A DNA stretch of 64,000 nucleotides from the human T2T-CHM13v2.0 reference genome, Homo sapiens, in the NCBI RefSeq assembly GCF_009914755.1, contig NC_060927.1. One strand, written 5' to 3'. Below the pieces are notes generated by a model that had not been told where the DNA came from, did no database searches, and saw nothing but the letters and a program-made list of their open reading frames with translations. The position numbers were made by a program, and so were the translations under genes. Shown here piece after piece: positions 42,091 through 54,030 of this stretch. Position 1 is the stretch's first letter. Every line of letters begins with the position of its first letter.

Positions 42091-43069
42091 CAATAGTTTT
42101 ATGCCAGAAAACATACTCTATTCAACGGTATCTTTTGCCAAAGAAATAATTTTTGTGTTTTAGGTGACTTTAGCAATACTTCAGTTAAAAAATCACCCTC
42201 CTTTCATTTTACTTTATAATGTCGTTGTAAAGCACACAAACACTAGAGATAGTTTGGGTTTGAATTTTGGCTCAAATACATATGAATTGTGTAATAACAT
42301 TTAATCTCTGTAAATCTTGGTCTTCTCTTCTGTACAGTGGGGGTGAGATATCACCTAACTGGTTGTATTTAACATAAAATGAAGTAAGGTTCTTAACATA
42401 GCAATTGTACATAGTATGTGCTCAATAATTATTAGTTATCTGTGTGCATGTGTATGTCTGTGTGCGTATTCTGCTAAGAATACTCCCCCAAGTGTTCATG
42501 TTCACTTAATATTTTGATTGTCATTTATTCACCTATCTATCTATTGAGTGTTGGATACCCACATAGCAATATAATGTAGCAAGCTTCTATCATAGGCCCA
42601 GGAGATACAGAAATGAACAAGGCCCAGACTGTGTCCTTAAAGATTCCTATCACCTTTGCTATATTTCAGCTACTCCTCAACTAAATCAATTCTGAAAGCG
42701 CAGTATTTCTACCCAGTGATGGGAACAAGGCTACAGTAGCCAACAAAAAATTCATTTTATGATTCTATATACCATTTCAGAAGGTGAACAAAAAGATAAA
42801 TATGTTGAGTAATTTTGGTGAGGGCTGTATGTCCTACTATGCTAAATTACCAACATCATCTTTATTTTATTGCAAGCCTTTCAACTATTATGTGAAACAA
42901 TTAGAGTATTTACATTCTCCTTTATGATTTCTACTTTACTCTAATTTTTCTTTTGAAGGTATGATCTAAAAAGCAACCAAATTTTCCAGTTTTATTTTTC
43001 TTTCTGAAAGGAACCTCATTAATTAATTTTTTGTAAAATGCAATTAATTATTTTTGTTACTGACCTCAT

Positions 43070-43320
43070 TTAGACTAATAATAGCAAACATTTAGAACAT
43101 GCTTACTATATGCCAGACATTGTCTTGAGCATATGATACGAATTTATTCACTTCACATGACAAGAACTTCATAAGTAAAATTTTTATAGATATTCCCATT
43201 TCATAGATGAAACAGAGGCAGGGAGATTAAGTAACCTTCCCGAGGTCACACACGTAGTCCACAGCACAGGCAGGATTCAACCAGACTCCAAAATCTAGCT
43301 CTTTAGCCCCAAACTCTGCC
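43070..43320 (-). mobile_element. MIR
   Basis: CTTACTATATGCCAGAC...CCCATTTCATAGATGAAAC...CCGAGGTCACAC...GGATTCAAC. Confidence 0.7.
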
Positions 43321-45171
43321 ACCTCTTCCATCTGCTCCCTAAAGCAAGGAGGCTCTGTGTACTGCACATGTTGATGTTTAGTACAAATCTTCCCAAACAA
43401 AACATTCCTCAAAATAATTTCTTTATTCTTCTGAACGCTTAGCCTTGAGTGATGCTCACTCTCATCTTTAAACATAATTTCCATTTAATAAATGTCCTCT
43501 TGTTATTGACAGAAATTTCATTAACTTCATCGTCCCTTGGGCCTGGCAGAAATGATTATCACATTCAGGAAATTGAAGAGAAATGGGTTATTACTTTGGA
43601 GGCAAATAGAGCAAAGAAAAAAATAAGGAAACAGGAAAGGCAGAGAGAGATAAGTGCAAAAAGAGGCAGGAGAGGGAAATGAGGAATTGAAGAGTTGTGG
43701 TCCATGCAGGTTTCTCAGTTTCTTCTCTTCCTCCCTATTGGCAGGCAATTACTGGAAGGCTCAGGAATGATTGCTAAGCAGACGATATGGAGATCCCTCA
43801 GGGAACTGCAGATTTCTCCCATGGCCAGCCCATCAAGGAGCAATGAGAGAATAGCAGCAGCAGCAGCAATAGCAGCAGCTGGGAATGGAGGTGAGATGAA
43901 GGAATGTGCCCTGAATATTTTGACCTGAGGCTCCTGGAAACTTCCTTCTGCTCTGCTTATTCCTGGGGAGCCAAATAGAAAGGGCAAATGAAATGCATCC
44001 TTCAAACAAGCCTGGGAAGAAAGCTGAGTGGCAGAAGTTCAAAGGCCTGAGTCATCATTTTCAGGCCTGTGGACAGGTGGATTCCTCTGAAGCAGAGCAT
44101 TCCTCCTTAATCACTTGGTGACTTTCTGTTAAACTATTTGCTGACACAGGTCTCTCTAGCTGGAAAAGACTGTTTCCTGCATTCAGACCACAGGAGCCAG
44201 CCTCATTTCTGCCCTGTCATTTGAAACAATTCCTATTATTTCTGTCCTGACTTTGCCTAACTGCCCCTCCCTTGGCACTCGTAATACTTTAATGCTACAG
44301 GTGGCTAATGCAGTCACTTGGCTCAGCAGCAACAACTCAATATTTGAAGAAGTAAATTATAACAGCTCCCTAACTGGCCTCCTCATATTCCCTCACCTCC
44401 CTTCACATCTGTTATTAGCCCAGCAGCCAGAGTTGTCTTTTTAAAAACATAAATAAAATTATGTCACTCCCTATCCTTGCAAAAAACCGTTTTAAGAGAC
44501 AGTTCAAAATAAGTTATGCATCCTTGTCCAAGCACAGGCCCTTGCCTACCTTCCAACTCTCATTATGGACTATCTCAGTCTCTATCTTGTTGCCACATTG
44601 GTCTGTTTCTCTAAGGCACCATGCTGTCCCCCACCCAAGGGCCTTTGCTCATGCTATATCATTAGCTTAGTACTTGCTCCCTTTACTGGTTAGCTTTTAC
44701 TTGGCCTTTAGGTCTCTGAGCTAGATAGTCTCCATTTCACCTAGATCCACCCTCTACCTTCACCTCCCTATTCTCTATCTCAGAGGGATAATCTCTATGA
44801 TCTACATCAATGGTCGTCTTTGCCCTCTAGCTCTGTAAGGATATTGAATGGAGAAAACAGAGTGAAACCAGAGCATTTATTTTCCTGGATCACTCTTCGT
44901 GAAAATCAACTCTGCAACTGTCAAGGATGCTTTATTGGTCAACAATTGCTGTGAAACAATCACAAAGTCTCCATGGCATATAGCAATAAGTATCCATTTC
45001 TTAGATGTCTTCGGGTCATTTGGAAGGTGGGGGGTGGTGCTGATCTAGGCTGTCTTACATGGGCATCAAGAGAGTAACCCAATAACACAAGTACTTCCGG
45101 TAGTTTAATTGTCTGTCTCTCTTACTAAACTGTTAACTCCATGTTTGTTTTGCTCATCTTTACTTTCCTAT

Positions 45172-45496
45172 TGAGACAGCCAGGAGGGAGGGGATCCCCA
45201 GAGAAACTCCAGCCAGCCTGCACACTGGGAGAGAGCCTTAGGAAGTTCATGCCGTTTGCAGCAGGGAGGAGCGTGGCCCCTCCTCTTCCTGTGTGGAACC
45301 TGGGATTCAAATGACCAGGCGGGCAGTGTTCTAGCAGGGACTCTAGCCTTGTGAGAGTCCCTGTTTTCTCCTTTTCTTCCTTTTCACCCAATAAAACCCT
45401 GCTTTACCCACCCTTCAAACCATCTATGAGCCTAAATTTTTATGGCCATGGGACGGACAAGGACCCCATCTTTAGCCAAACTAAAGTCCTGCAACA
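45172..45496 (+). mobile_element. 5' LTR (MER61A-like)
   Basis: TGAGACAGCCAGG...CCCAATAAAACCCTG...GTCCTGCAACA; TG..CA termini and AATAAA. Confidence 0.9.
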
Positions 45497-45500
45497 TTTG

Positions 45501-45518
45501 TGGCACCCAATATGGGGC
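45501..45518 (+). promoter_or_regulatory. Primer-binding site, tRNA-Lys(CUU; Lys1,2) type, CpG-decayed
   Basis: TGGCACCCAATATGGGGC vs TGGCGCCCAACGTGGGGC; all 3 differences lie in the two CpGs; 4 nt after the LTR end. Confidence 0.8.
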
Positions 45519-48500
45519 CTGAGAAGTGGTGAGTGAAATGGGGACTCAAAACCTCTCACTGTTGCTCCTAAGCATTTTCATCCTTGGACTTCTGAGGGTG
45601 GAGGAAACATGTCCCTACCCCCTCATCACTCTTGTGCCTTTTCATGGACTTTTCCTTCATTTTTCAGGATGGATCAGAGAGCAACATCTACCCTCCACCC
45701 TCCCCTCCCTGACGGGGCTGGGACACATAGCCCAAGGTGCCACCAGCTACTGGCTGACATTTTCTACCACACATCCACAGAGTCTCCTCCTCCCCACACC
45801 AGGGGGAGGCCAGCTCTGACTCACAGCCATTAAACTTGTGTCTATGGTGGAGAAACCACTTGCGTAAGACTAAGAGGTTCTTCCCCAGGCATTTTTAAAC
45901 TGTTTCTTTTCTTTCCCCTTCTCTACCCTATCAGCAAGTTAACTTTTAAAGTTTTTTTTTTTCTTTTAGAAACATTTTTTACTAGGGCAGGCTCCAGAAT
46001 TATCACTTTTTGTGTTTTCTGCAAAGTTTTGGTTGTGAAATGGAGTCTCCACCTTGTTTTACATCCTGAGGGCATGGCTTTGTTTAGTAATCCTGCCTTA
46101 GGGAATAAGTTTCTTTCTGGTTTGGCATCTGCATGTTCTTCTAGCCCTGTCTCTTCTAGCCCCACCCAGTGACTGGGTTTTCTTCTGCCTGTGTGTGTAC
46201 TATGTGTGATGTCTGTAAAAAGAGCTCTAGTTAATTTGGCCTAAAGAAAGATAAGCGCTTGGATCAAACATTTTTTAAGGGAAGTTAAAAGCTGTGGTAC
46301 CTTTCAGTTCACATGAGTTTCATCTTTGAGAAATGAAAGCAGACTTAAATATTATTGGTAAAATGCAGGTGTCATTAAGATGTAAATAGGTGGGCTAAAT
46401 AATGAAGGTCAGATGCAAGATTTGCTAAGTGTTTTAAAATTATAAACTGCTTTTTGAGTTTTAAGAACTATTTGACTTGCTGGCTTCACAACTGGTAAGG
46501 CCTGAGGAGGACATAAGGAACTAACCACACCCTTAATTATGCTGGGAGTCAAACTTTGCCTGCACCTAGATATAATTATAGCAACTTACCAGGTTTCCCC
46601 TTAAAAGTTAAGAATTGCTAGGAGTTACCATTATAACATGTAATTGAGACTACCTGAAATAGATTTACATGGAAGATGTGGAAGAACAGTAAAATGTTTT
46701 TTCTTTTTTGTAAAAGTTTATAAGAAGGTATGGAAATGTTAACTTTGGCCTAGGGTTAAAGGATTGTTTTAAATTAGGAAAAAGCTGAAGGTTCAAAGAA
46801 GTGGTAGAAGAATTCTAGAAATTAATCTTGCAAAAGAGGTTCTCTGTGTGAACATATTGACTAAATTCCTAAAAGGATATTATATGGTTTTTCTGTAAAT
46901 TTAACATTGAAATAAAAGAATAATAAGGTTTTCCTAAGGGGCTAATCTGTTCTTTGGCAAAATTTCTAAAGGGTTATAAAAGCTTTTTGCTTCTTTAAAA
47001 TTTCTGAGTCATTTTGGCAAAATAAATAACTTATGGTAACCTGGAATTCTATTTCATAACATCAAGTGTTTTAAACCCCGAACATATATAGCAGCCTCCA
47101 AAAATCAAACTTCAGTTTCAAAATTGTCTTCCCTGGCACCTGGCTTTTTGAATATTTCAGAGGGCCCCTGAAGTGTCCAGAAAGAGAAGCAAACATGATT
47201 ATTTGACGTGTTTAGGTACATGGGATTGCCAAAGTGATGTTCAATCTTCTTTAGGTTATACTTTGGTAAATAATGCTAATATATGTTCCAAAATTGTATG
47301 GGATTTCTAAAACTCTAATGTCTAGCATATGCTATCAATCATAATGAAGGTTGTTAAGTTATTGTAAACCACAGAGATAACAAACCTGTCAATTGTGTTT
47401 CTAAGTGTAACTACCCTGGACATTTTGTTATTCACAGACCATTGTTGTCTTGTTTTAATCCTTTTTTTTTTTTCAAAGATAGTTTATAATAAGCTATAGA
47501 ACTTTAACAGGTACTCTGAAATACAAGTTTCTCATAACTTTGGAGATTGTAACATTGGAATAAAGAAAAATGTACAGGACTCATGAAGAGCTAAAATGTT
47601 CACAAATATCAAGCAAAACCAGTTAACTAAATGGACTGAACTCAGAAAGCTGAAGCAAACTTTTGACTTTTTCATGGAATATTGCTGAATCTTGTTTTGT
47701 TTTTCAGAGTCAAGGGAACTTATTTTGAACTATTTACAGCCTTTAATAATTAAAGAAGGTATACTCCTATGATCAAAATTTAGAGCATGTTTGTTTCTCT
47801 CTGCCTGTCGTTCCAGAATTTAGAACCTACCTGTGAGCATTCTTACGGCAATATAGTTGTTTGCATCAGTGCAATAAGAACCCATTTTTCTTTTGCAACA
47901 GGATGCAATTGGAGAAACTGGTAATTTTACCAAGGCTTTGACTGGAAGGGTATACTTCCCTTTAAGGAGTCAATCTCGACTTGCAGAGTCAATAAAGTCC
48001 AATGGGGAAACTGGCCTCATGTCCTTGTCTATGCAGTCCCCGTACAAGATTCCTGACCTGTGGTCAATTAAAAAAATGTCACTTTCTAGCAGGTCCAGGA
48101 GCTCCAAGTTTATCTTAGGAGCTTAAGAGGAGAGGAGCACCCAACTCACAGATATTTGAGGATAAACTCATGGTTGGGCTAGGCTTTAAAAGGTCTTACA
48201 TGAGATTCCTTGGGCAAGAGAGCTCCATTAAAGCCAATCCAAAAGGCCTTTGTAGAAATAATTATTTTTGCTGCACTTTATGCAAATAATCAGGCCAAGT
48301 ATAAGACTAAAGTGTATTTTGCAAACCACTCTGTCCTATGATGATTTGTTTTATTTAACAAACATGAGTACTGTAGAGAGAGGAATCATGTTTCAAAACT
48401 TACACATTTATCATTAAATTCTAAACTCATTAGTTGTTTTTAAGTTTTTACCTACATTTTAGACTAATCCTGCTCATTCCTGTGAACCTACTAGCAATCT

Positions 48501-49671
48501 CTGGTTGCAGCTCAGAAAGGACAAGAGAAATGGGTAATGTAGAAATATGGATCAATTTTCTAGTTCTGAGCATTTATCCTCCAAATCCTGCCAGGTGATG
48601 GAATAAGTAGGGTGCCATCACCCAGAGGTTTCCTTTTTGGGAAAGTAAGATGAAGGGAACTAATCAAAGCCGAGCACTGTGCACCCAAATCCTAGCAAGC
48701 ATAACGATATCTATCAGCTATCTGGGTGTGTCACAAGACATCCTTTTCTCTCCCTTGTTGGAGGAGGACTCAGTTCCACAGTTTCACCTTAGCATTCGGC
48801 TTATGATAAGGAGTCCATGCAACTCCCTGAGACACATTTTTGTCCCAAACTCAATTCCAAGCTTCTGGTCAAAGCCCTAAGAAGAAAAACAGGGATCCAG
48901 AGGCAAATGACAACAGAGGTTAAAAGACACGGCATAGGTGAGTGTGGCTGATTCCTGCTGATTAAGACAACCCCAAGCTTCCTGTTTCACGGATAAAGGC
49001 CACATTAATATCCACGACATAAATGAGGTCCAGGGAACTCCAAGGCTACTGACAGTAGGCAGGGAGGAGGCACAGGTGAGAGCTGATAATTCCTGTTCTC
49101 TAGGCCCTCCCTGCTTCATGGGTGCAAGCTGCTTTGTCATTCATGATGGCACCTGCCAAGGTCGCCAGGACTCGGGGATGCAAGGAAGGAAGACGGAAAG
49201 AGGACGCTCTTCCCTCTGACCCTCATGTACCCTGGGTATCTGCCAGGAAGAGAAGGGAACCAGGGATGCCTGCTCCACTCTTTCCAGATGGGTAGCCATT
49301 CATCTTCAGCCTGTATCCCTTCTAACTGGGACTTCTGAACTCTTGGGACTCCTTTAAAAAAACACCCTCTTTTTTTCTTTCTTCTCCTTGGTTCTCTCTT
49401 CACTGAGAGGTAATTATTGTGTCTCCATACTATGAGACACTTCCCTCAGATATATCCTGCAAACTGGAAAGAGTTAATTTCCCAAACCTTAAACTGATTG
49501 GCTTAGGATTGGGCTCAAGGGAAGGAAACCCAGAAGCCCAACATGCCAGCAAAAGGATAAAGTTTTTTACCAGTTGGGCTTTTGGTCTCCCTCTCCCTGT
49601 GCAAACTGGTAAAAGGCCTTGGAATTTTTGAGCTGTCCTTACCCCTACCCTTGTTTCATTTTGATACATGT

Positions 49672-49850
49672 TTTCTAATAACCCGGTTTGTCTGTTCTTG
49701 CCTTCAGTTCATCAAACACCAAACGGTCATGCAACTGGAGCCTCTGGCAATGGCCCCTTCTGCTGGGGACCCATAGATAGGCCTCTGAGGAACCTCGGAC
49801 TGCCATTTCCCCAAAACAGTGCCTCTTGTCAGGAGGAAGCAGTTAAGATC
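49672..49850 (+). pseudogene. env TM cytoplasmic-tail relic (class I ERV)
   Basis: Reads FLITRFVCSCLQFIKHQTVMQLEP, then after a frameshift FCWGPIDRP; similar to recalled HERV-FRD/HERV-W Env C-termini. Confidence 0.7.
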
Positions 49851-49898
49851 AGTCTTCATCCTTATCCTTAATCTAACGGCAGTTAGCTGTACTTCTTT

Positions 49899-49911
49899 GG
49901 AGGGCAGGGAA
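49899..49911 (+). promoter_or_regulatory. Polypurine tract
   Basis: GGAGGGCAGGGAA immediately before the 3' LTR TG. Confidence 0.8.
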
Positions 49912-50246
49912 TGAGACGGCCAGGAGGGAGGGTTTCCCCCAGAGAAAGTCCAGCCAGCCTGCACACTGGGATGGAGCCTGGGAAAGTCTGCACTGTTTGC
50001 AATGGAGAGGAGCCTGTTCCCCTCCTCTTCCTGTGTGGAAACTGAGTTTCGAATGGCCGGGCAGAAAGCATTCTAGCAGGGACTCTGGCCTTGTGAGAGT
50101 ATCTGTTTCCTCCTTTTCTTCCTTTTCACCCAATAAAACTCTGATTTACCAAACCTTCAAACCACCTGCGAGCATAAATTTTCATGGCCATGGGATGGAC
50201 AAGGACCCTATCTTTATCTGAGCTAAGGAAAAGTCCTGCAACAACA
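49912..50246 (+). mobile_element. 3' LTR (MER61A-like), terminal ACA duplicated
   Basis: TGAGACGGCCAGG...GGAAAAGTCCTGCAACAACA followed by TSD CTAT. Confidence 0.9.
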
Positions 50247-51109
50247 CTATCAGCTAGGAAAGTCTCTGATACATTGTAAATTCTTGGTAAATATTTATAC
50301 AATGAATGGATGAAACTGGAAGATTGCATTAGATACAGCTCAGTGCCTCAGTGCAAACAGGGGCAGTAGAGCCATCAGAAGGGCTGGTCTGTTCTTACAC
50401 ATGGAAGAAAAATTTTGAAAGGACATTGATTTCCTCTGAAGGCAGAGGTAACCGTGAAGTGTCACTATATAAAAGCAACATTTTTTTGCTAAACGTGGCC
50501 AAGAGATTGTGTACAAAATAGCCTTAACACCGTCAAAGTCCAGCTCACAAAGGGATGACCAAGGCTTCAAAGACACCTAGGATGTCTTGTATAGCGGTGG
50601 GTTGGTCAATGGAGTCCCATTGATTAACTGGGAAGTAAAATTTGGAATGAAATGAACTGGAGACCTCCTATTTGTTCAACCTCTTTGAGCCTTGCTGTTT
50701 TTCCCTATAAAATGGGATATTATATGCCTTAATTATTGCTGTGAAAATGAGAAAAGCCTATATATGAATGAGTTTTGCAAAAATTTACACAATGTGTCAT
50801 GCACATTATTGATTGTTTCGGTGGTGGTAGTCGTAGTGTTAGTCATTGTTATTCACAGCTGTAACTGAGAGCAGACAAATTGAAATAAAATATTTCAATA
50901 GGGCTCTCTTTATAGAACATAAAATGGTGTGTGCATGGAGTGGAAGGAGGAAATAATAAGATAATTTGGTTGGGTACAAACTCATGATCTCTAATTCTTC
51001 CACTTTATGTACCCTCTGCTGCTGATAGAAGGGTGGTATCTGGGTATGAGAAGAAAAAGAACTAGAAGAAGAGGAATAATTCCCAGCCATTTTAGGTTTT
51101 TGAACTAGA

Positions 51110-51345
51110 AGAGGCAGTGTTGCAAATAAGTTAGGGTCAGACTTCTGTGTTCCATAGATCCAGCTTTGAATCTCAACTCTACAACTTGCTAGCTGTGTAA
51201 TCCAGACAGTGTGCTTAACCTGTTTGAGCCGCATTTATCTGTAAAACAGTGCTCAATATTATTCCTCTTGTTGGTTTGTTGTTAATTTAGGTACTGTATA
51301 TGTTTCCTGGCACACAGTAAATTCTCACACATACACAGTGGTTGT
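51110..51345 (+). mobile_element. MIR
   Basis: CTTTGAATCTCAACTCTAC...TTAACCTGTTTGAGCC...TCTGTAAAA...CCTGGCACACAGTAA. Confidence 0.65.
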
Positions 51346-51953
51346 CATTATGCTTAAAAGAAGAGTTCAGAGAAACAGAAGACTTCAAAATAAGTGCAAT
51401 AGAGTCAGCCAATTGTTGTGCCTCTTCCTGTCCTCCATACCCATTGAATGAACTTTGGCTTTCATATAAAATTCACCAAATGGGCATTGGTCTTCATGCA
51501 CAACCAGAAATCTAATAACTGCCAGCAAGAATGACTGCTGAGAGACTTGTAGTCAAACCAAACACCTCCAGCTAGGTTCCTGAGGCTTTAACGTCTCTGT
51601 GTTGGATTGTCTGCTTTCCCACAGCATCACTTGGGACTCTTCGGTCTAAAGGTCCAAGTACCAGACCAAATAAGCTTCCACACAAATCACTGTTTCACCT
51701 GGATCAGAATAGGACCTCTTTCATTGTTAAGCATAGTCCTCTCCATCCAGTCTCCACTAGCCATCAAGTTAATCTAGCCTTTGTTGTGTTAAAAAAAAAA
51801 TATGGGTGAATATCTGCCATAAGCCTTCACAGTGACAAGAATGTACAAGTTGAATTTGGGTGGCAAGAGAAAAGAAGTCTCTGAACAATTCAGATGACAG
51901 TGCATCATCCATCTGGTACAATTTCTCCAGCAGTTTCTGCAGTCTAGCAGATC

Positions 51954-52603
51954 TGTATTAGTTTCCTATCGTTGCTACAACAAATTACCAAAAACTCAGT
52001 GGCTTAAAAGAATACAAATTTATTCTCTGACAATTTTGGAGGTCAGAATTTCAAAATGAGTCTTACCTGACTATCATCAAGGTATCAGAAGGATAGGTTT
52101 TTTTCTAGAGGCTTCATGGAATAATTCATTCCTTGCCTCTTCTAGCCTCAGGTGGCTGCTGGCAATCTTTTGGCTTGTGGTTGCATCACTCCAATCTCTT
52201 TTTTCATTGCCATGTTATCTTTTCCTATTATGTGGCAAAAACTCCCTCTGCCTCTTTCTTCTTGTTTCTTCTTTAGATACAGGGTCTGACTATGTTGTCC
52301 AGGCTAATATTGATCTCCTGAGTTCAAGTGATCCTCCCACCTCAGCCTCCCAAGTAGCTGGGACTATAGGCACATGCCATCATGCCTGGCCCTCTGCCTT
52401 TTCTTTTTTTGTTACAAGGACATTTAGATTACATTTAGGCTCCACCTCGATAGTCTAGAATAATCTCCCAGCTCAGAATCCTTAAACTTGATTACATCAG
52501 CAAAGTCCCTTCTTTGCCATATGGGGTAACAATCACAGGTTCTGGAGATTAGGAAGTGTACATCTTGGGGAAGGAAGGAAGAAGCAATCTTTAGTCTACC
52601 ACA
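51954..52603 (-). mobile_element. MLT1C/D solo LTR interrupted by a FLAM
   Basis: TGTATTAGTTTCCTAT start, ATCACAGGTTCTGGAGATTAGGA and CTACCACA end. Confidence 0.8.
52255..52390 (-). mobile_element. FLAM (free left Alu monomer) with TSD CCTCTGCCT
   Basis: Monomer-length, TCAAGTGATCCTCCCACCTCAGCCTCCCAAGTAGCTGGGACTA; CCTCTGCCT at 52245-52253 and 52391-52399. Confidence 0.85.
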
Positions 52604-53521
52604 GGCTCATCTCACAGAAAAGCTGGCATAATAAATCCACTCCTTTAATGTACGAGAATCATTAGCAACTATAGTGTTCCTTCTCTCAAACTTCACTATG
52701 CTTCACGTACTCTTAAGTTACTGAGAAGAATACCATAGCTAGACCTGAGAGAGAATCACAGAACCCTTTATAAAAAGCCTCAAACTGTTAGTAACCATAG
52801 CTAGTGTTTAGAGATTTTGCTTAAAAGTAATCACCAACAGAGTTTACTTCTCTCTCTGGGAGAGTCACTGTCATATATATGTGTATGCACATGATCATGT
52901 ACCTGGGCAACACATACATAGTGGTTTCAAGTAGGTGTTCTGCCCTTCTTTACATTCTGGGAAACACAGCTGTCCTTGCATCCCAACACCCACCTGAAAA
53001 GATGAAACTCAACCACATCAAGTCATTTCTTTCTCTCTAGAGAGATGTCACATCACTTCCCTCTGCCACCTACCACTGCCTATCTGCTTTGATGTGAATG
53101 ACCAGGGACAGTCAGCCCAAGTCTGTCACTCTGTGATATCCATTTAACCATAGCATAATGAGAGGAAGGAGCAAGCACACAATTCCCCATTTGAAACTTT
53201 TCAAACAATTTGAAACGGCTCCCTGGGATCAGGTAAACCAAATAGGTTATTAGTGCAAAGAAACATTAAAGAACAAAAGGAGAGGGGAAATGGTGCAATA
53301 TATACTGGGACATGTGGATGCCTTTGTGAGTGTATCTAGAAAGTAACAGAGATGACATATTCATAAGGGAAACATAACTTGCAACTAATAAGTTAAGACT
53401 GTTCAGGCAACAGCATCTCATTGTATGCATATTTAACATATATGATTACAAATTTAGAGAGAGAGTGTAAGATGCACAATAAGTTGTAATAATGTGAGAA
53501 TTTCACCGTGTCAAGCAAATG

Positions 53522-54030
53522 TGACTTAGAATGGGTTCCCACTAAGCATACTCTGGGACAAGGAATGGATGCATGTATTAGATTGGTACAAAAGTAATCA
53601 CGGTTTTTGCCGTTAAAAGCAACAGTTTGTTTGAGAGGTGATCCCAGGAAACGTTGGTGAGGGAGTGAGAAAGGTAAGAAAAGAAAACGAATGTAGGATG
53701 CATTAAGGTGCAGAATATTGCAAATGGGGTTCATTCCTTTAGAGGTTCTCTAGAAGACTGTATTAAAAACATTTCAGAGTGGCCCATACAAGGAATGAGG
53801 AAGTTGGAGTATTTATCCTCCAACACCTGTCCATAATTGCTAGAGAGCTGCTCCTCAGGCCATGAACTCCTGGGTACTTCCAGCCTGCCCGAGCACAGGC
53901 TGAGCTTGACCCTGCCATCAGAGAAAGCACGCAGGTTGTGAGTCACAGGTGTTAGGAGAAAAAAATGATTCTTGTGTACAAGGATTGTGATTGCTAAGAG
54001 AATCCAAACAATTCAGACAGTGGCTGTGTC
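53522..54030 (-). mobile_element. LTR33-family solo LTR
   Basis: GGGTTCCC...GACAAGGA...GAGGTGATCCCAGGAA...GGAGTATTTATCCTCCAAC. Confidence 0.65.
53578..53622. mobile_element. Half MADE1 (Hsmar1-derived MITE)
   Basis: TA-TTAGATTGGTACAAAAGTAATCACGGTTTTTGCCGTTAAAAGCAA is one TIR arm plus the spacer. Confidence 0.85.

Larger units (their letters stand above)
45172..50246 (+). mobile_element. Full-length MER61-type ERV1 provirus (MER4 group, non-autonomous), 4-bp TSD CTAT
   Basis: Two direct LTRs (~85% identical by hand count), PBS, PPT; CTAT at 45168-45171 and 50247-50250; the flanks rejoin into one L2 3' end. Confidence 0.9.

Noticed and set aside
45605-45614. Perfect p53 half-site AAACATGTCC in the MER61 leader
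   Set aside because: Some MER61 subfamilies carry p53 elements, but only one half-site is present here and I saw no full site in either LTR.
48877-49403. Two adjacent minus-strand ORFs inside the provirus
   Set aside because: Short, with no recognisable homology; the plus strand is better explained as leader/gag relics.
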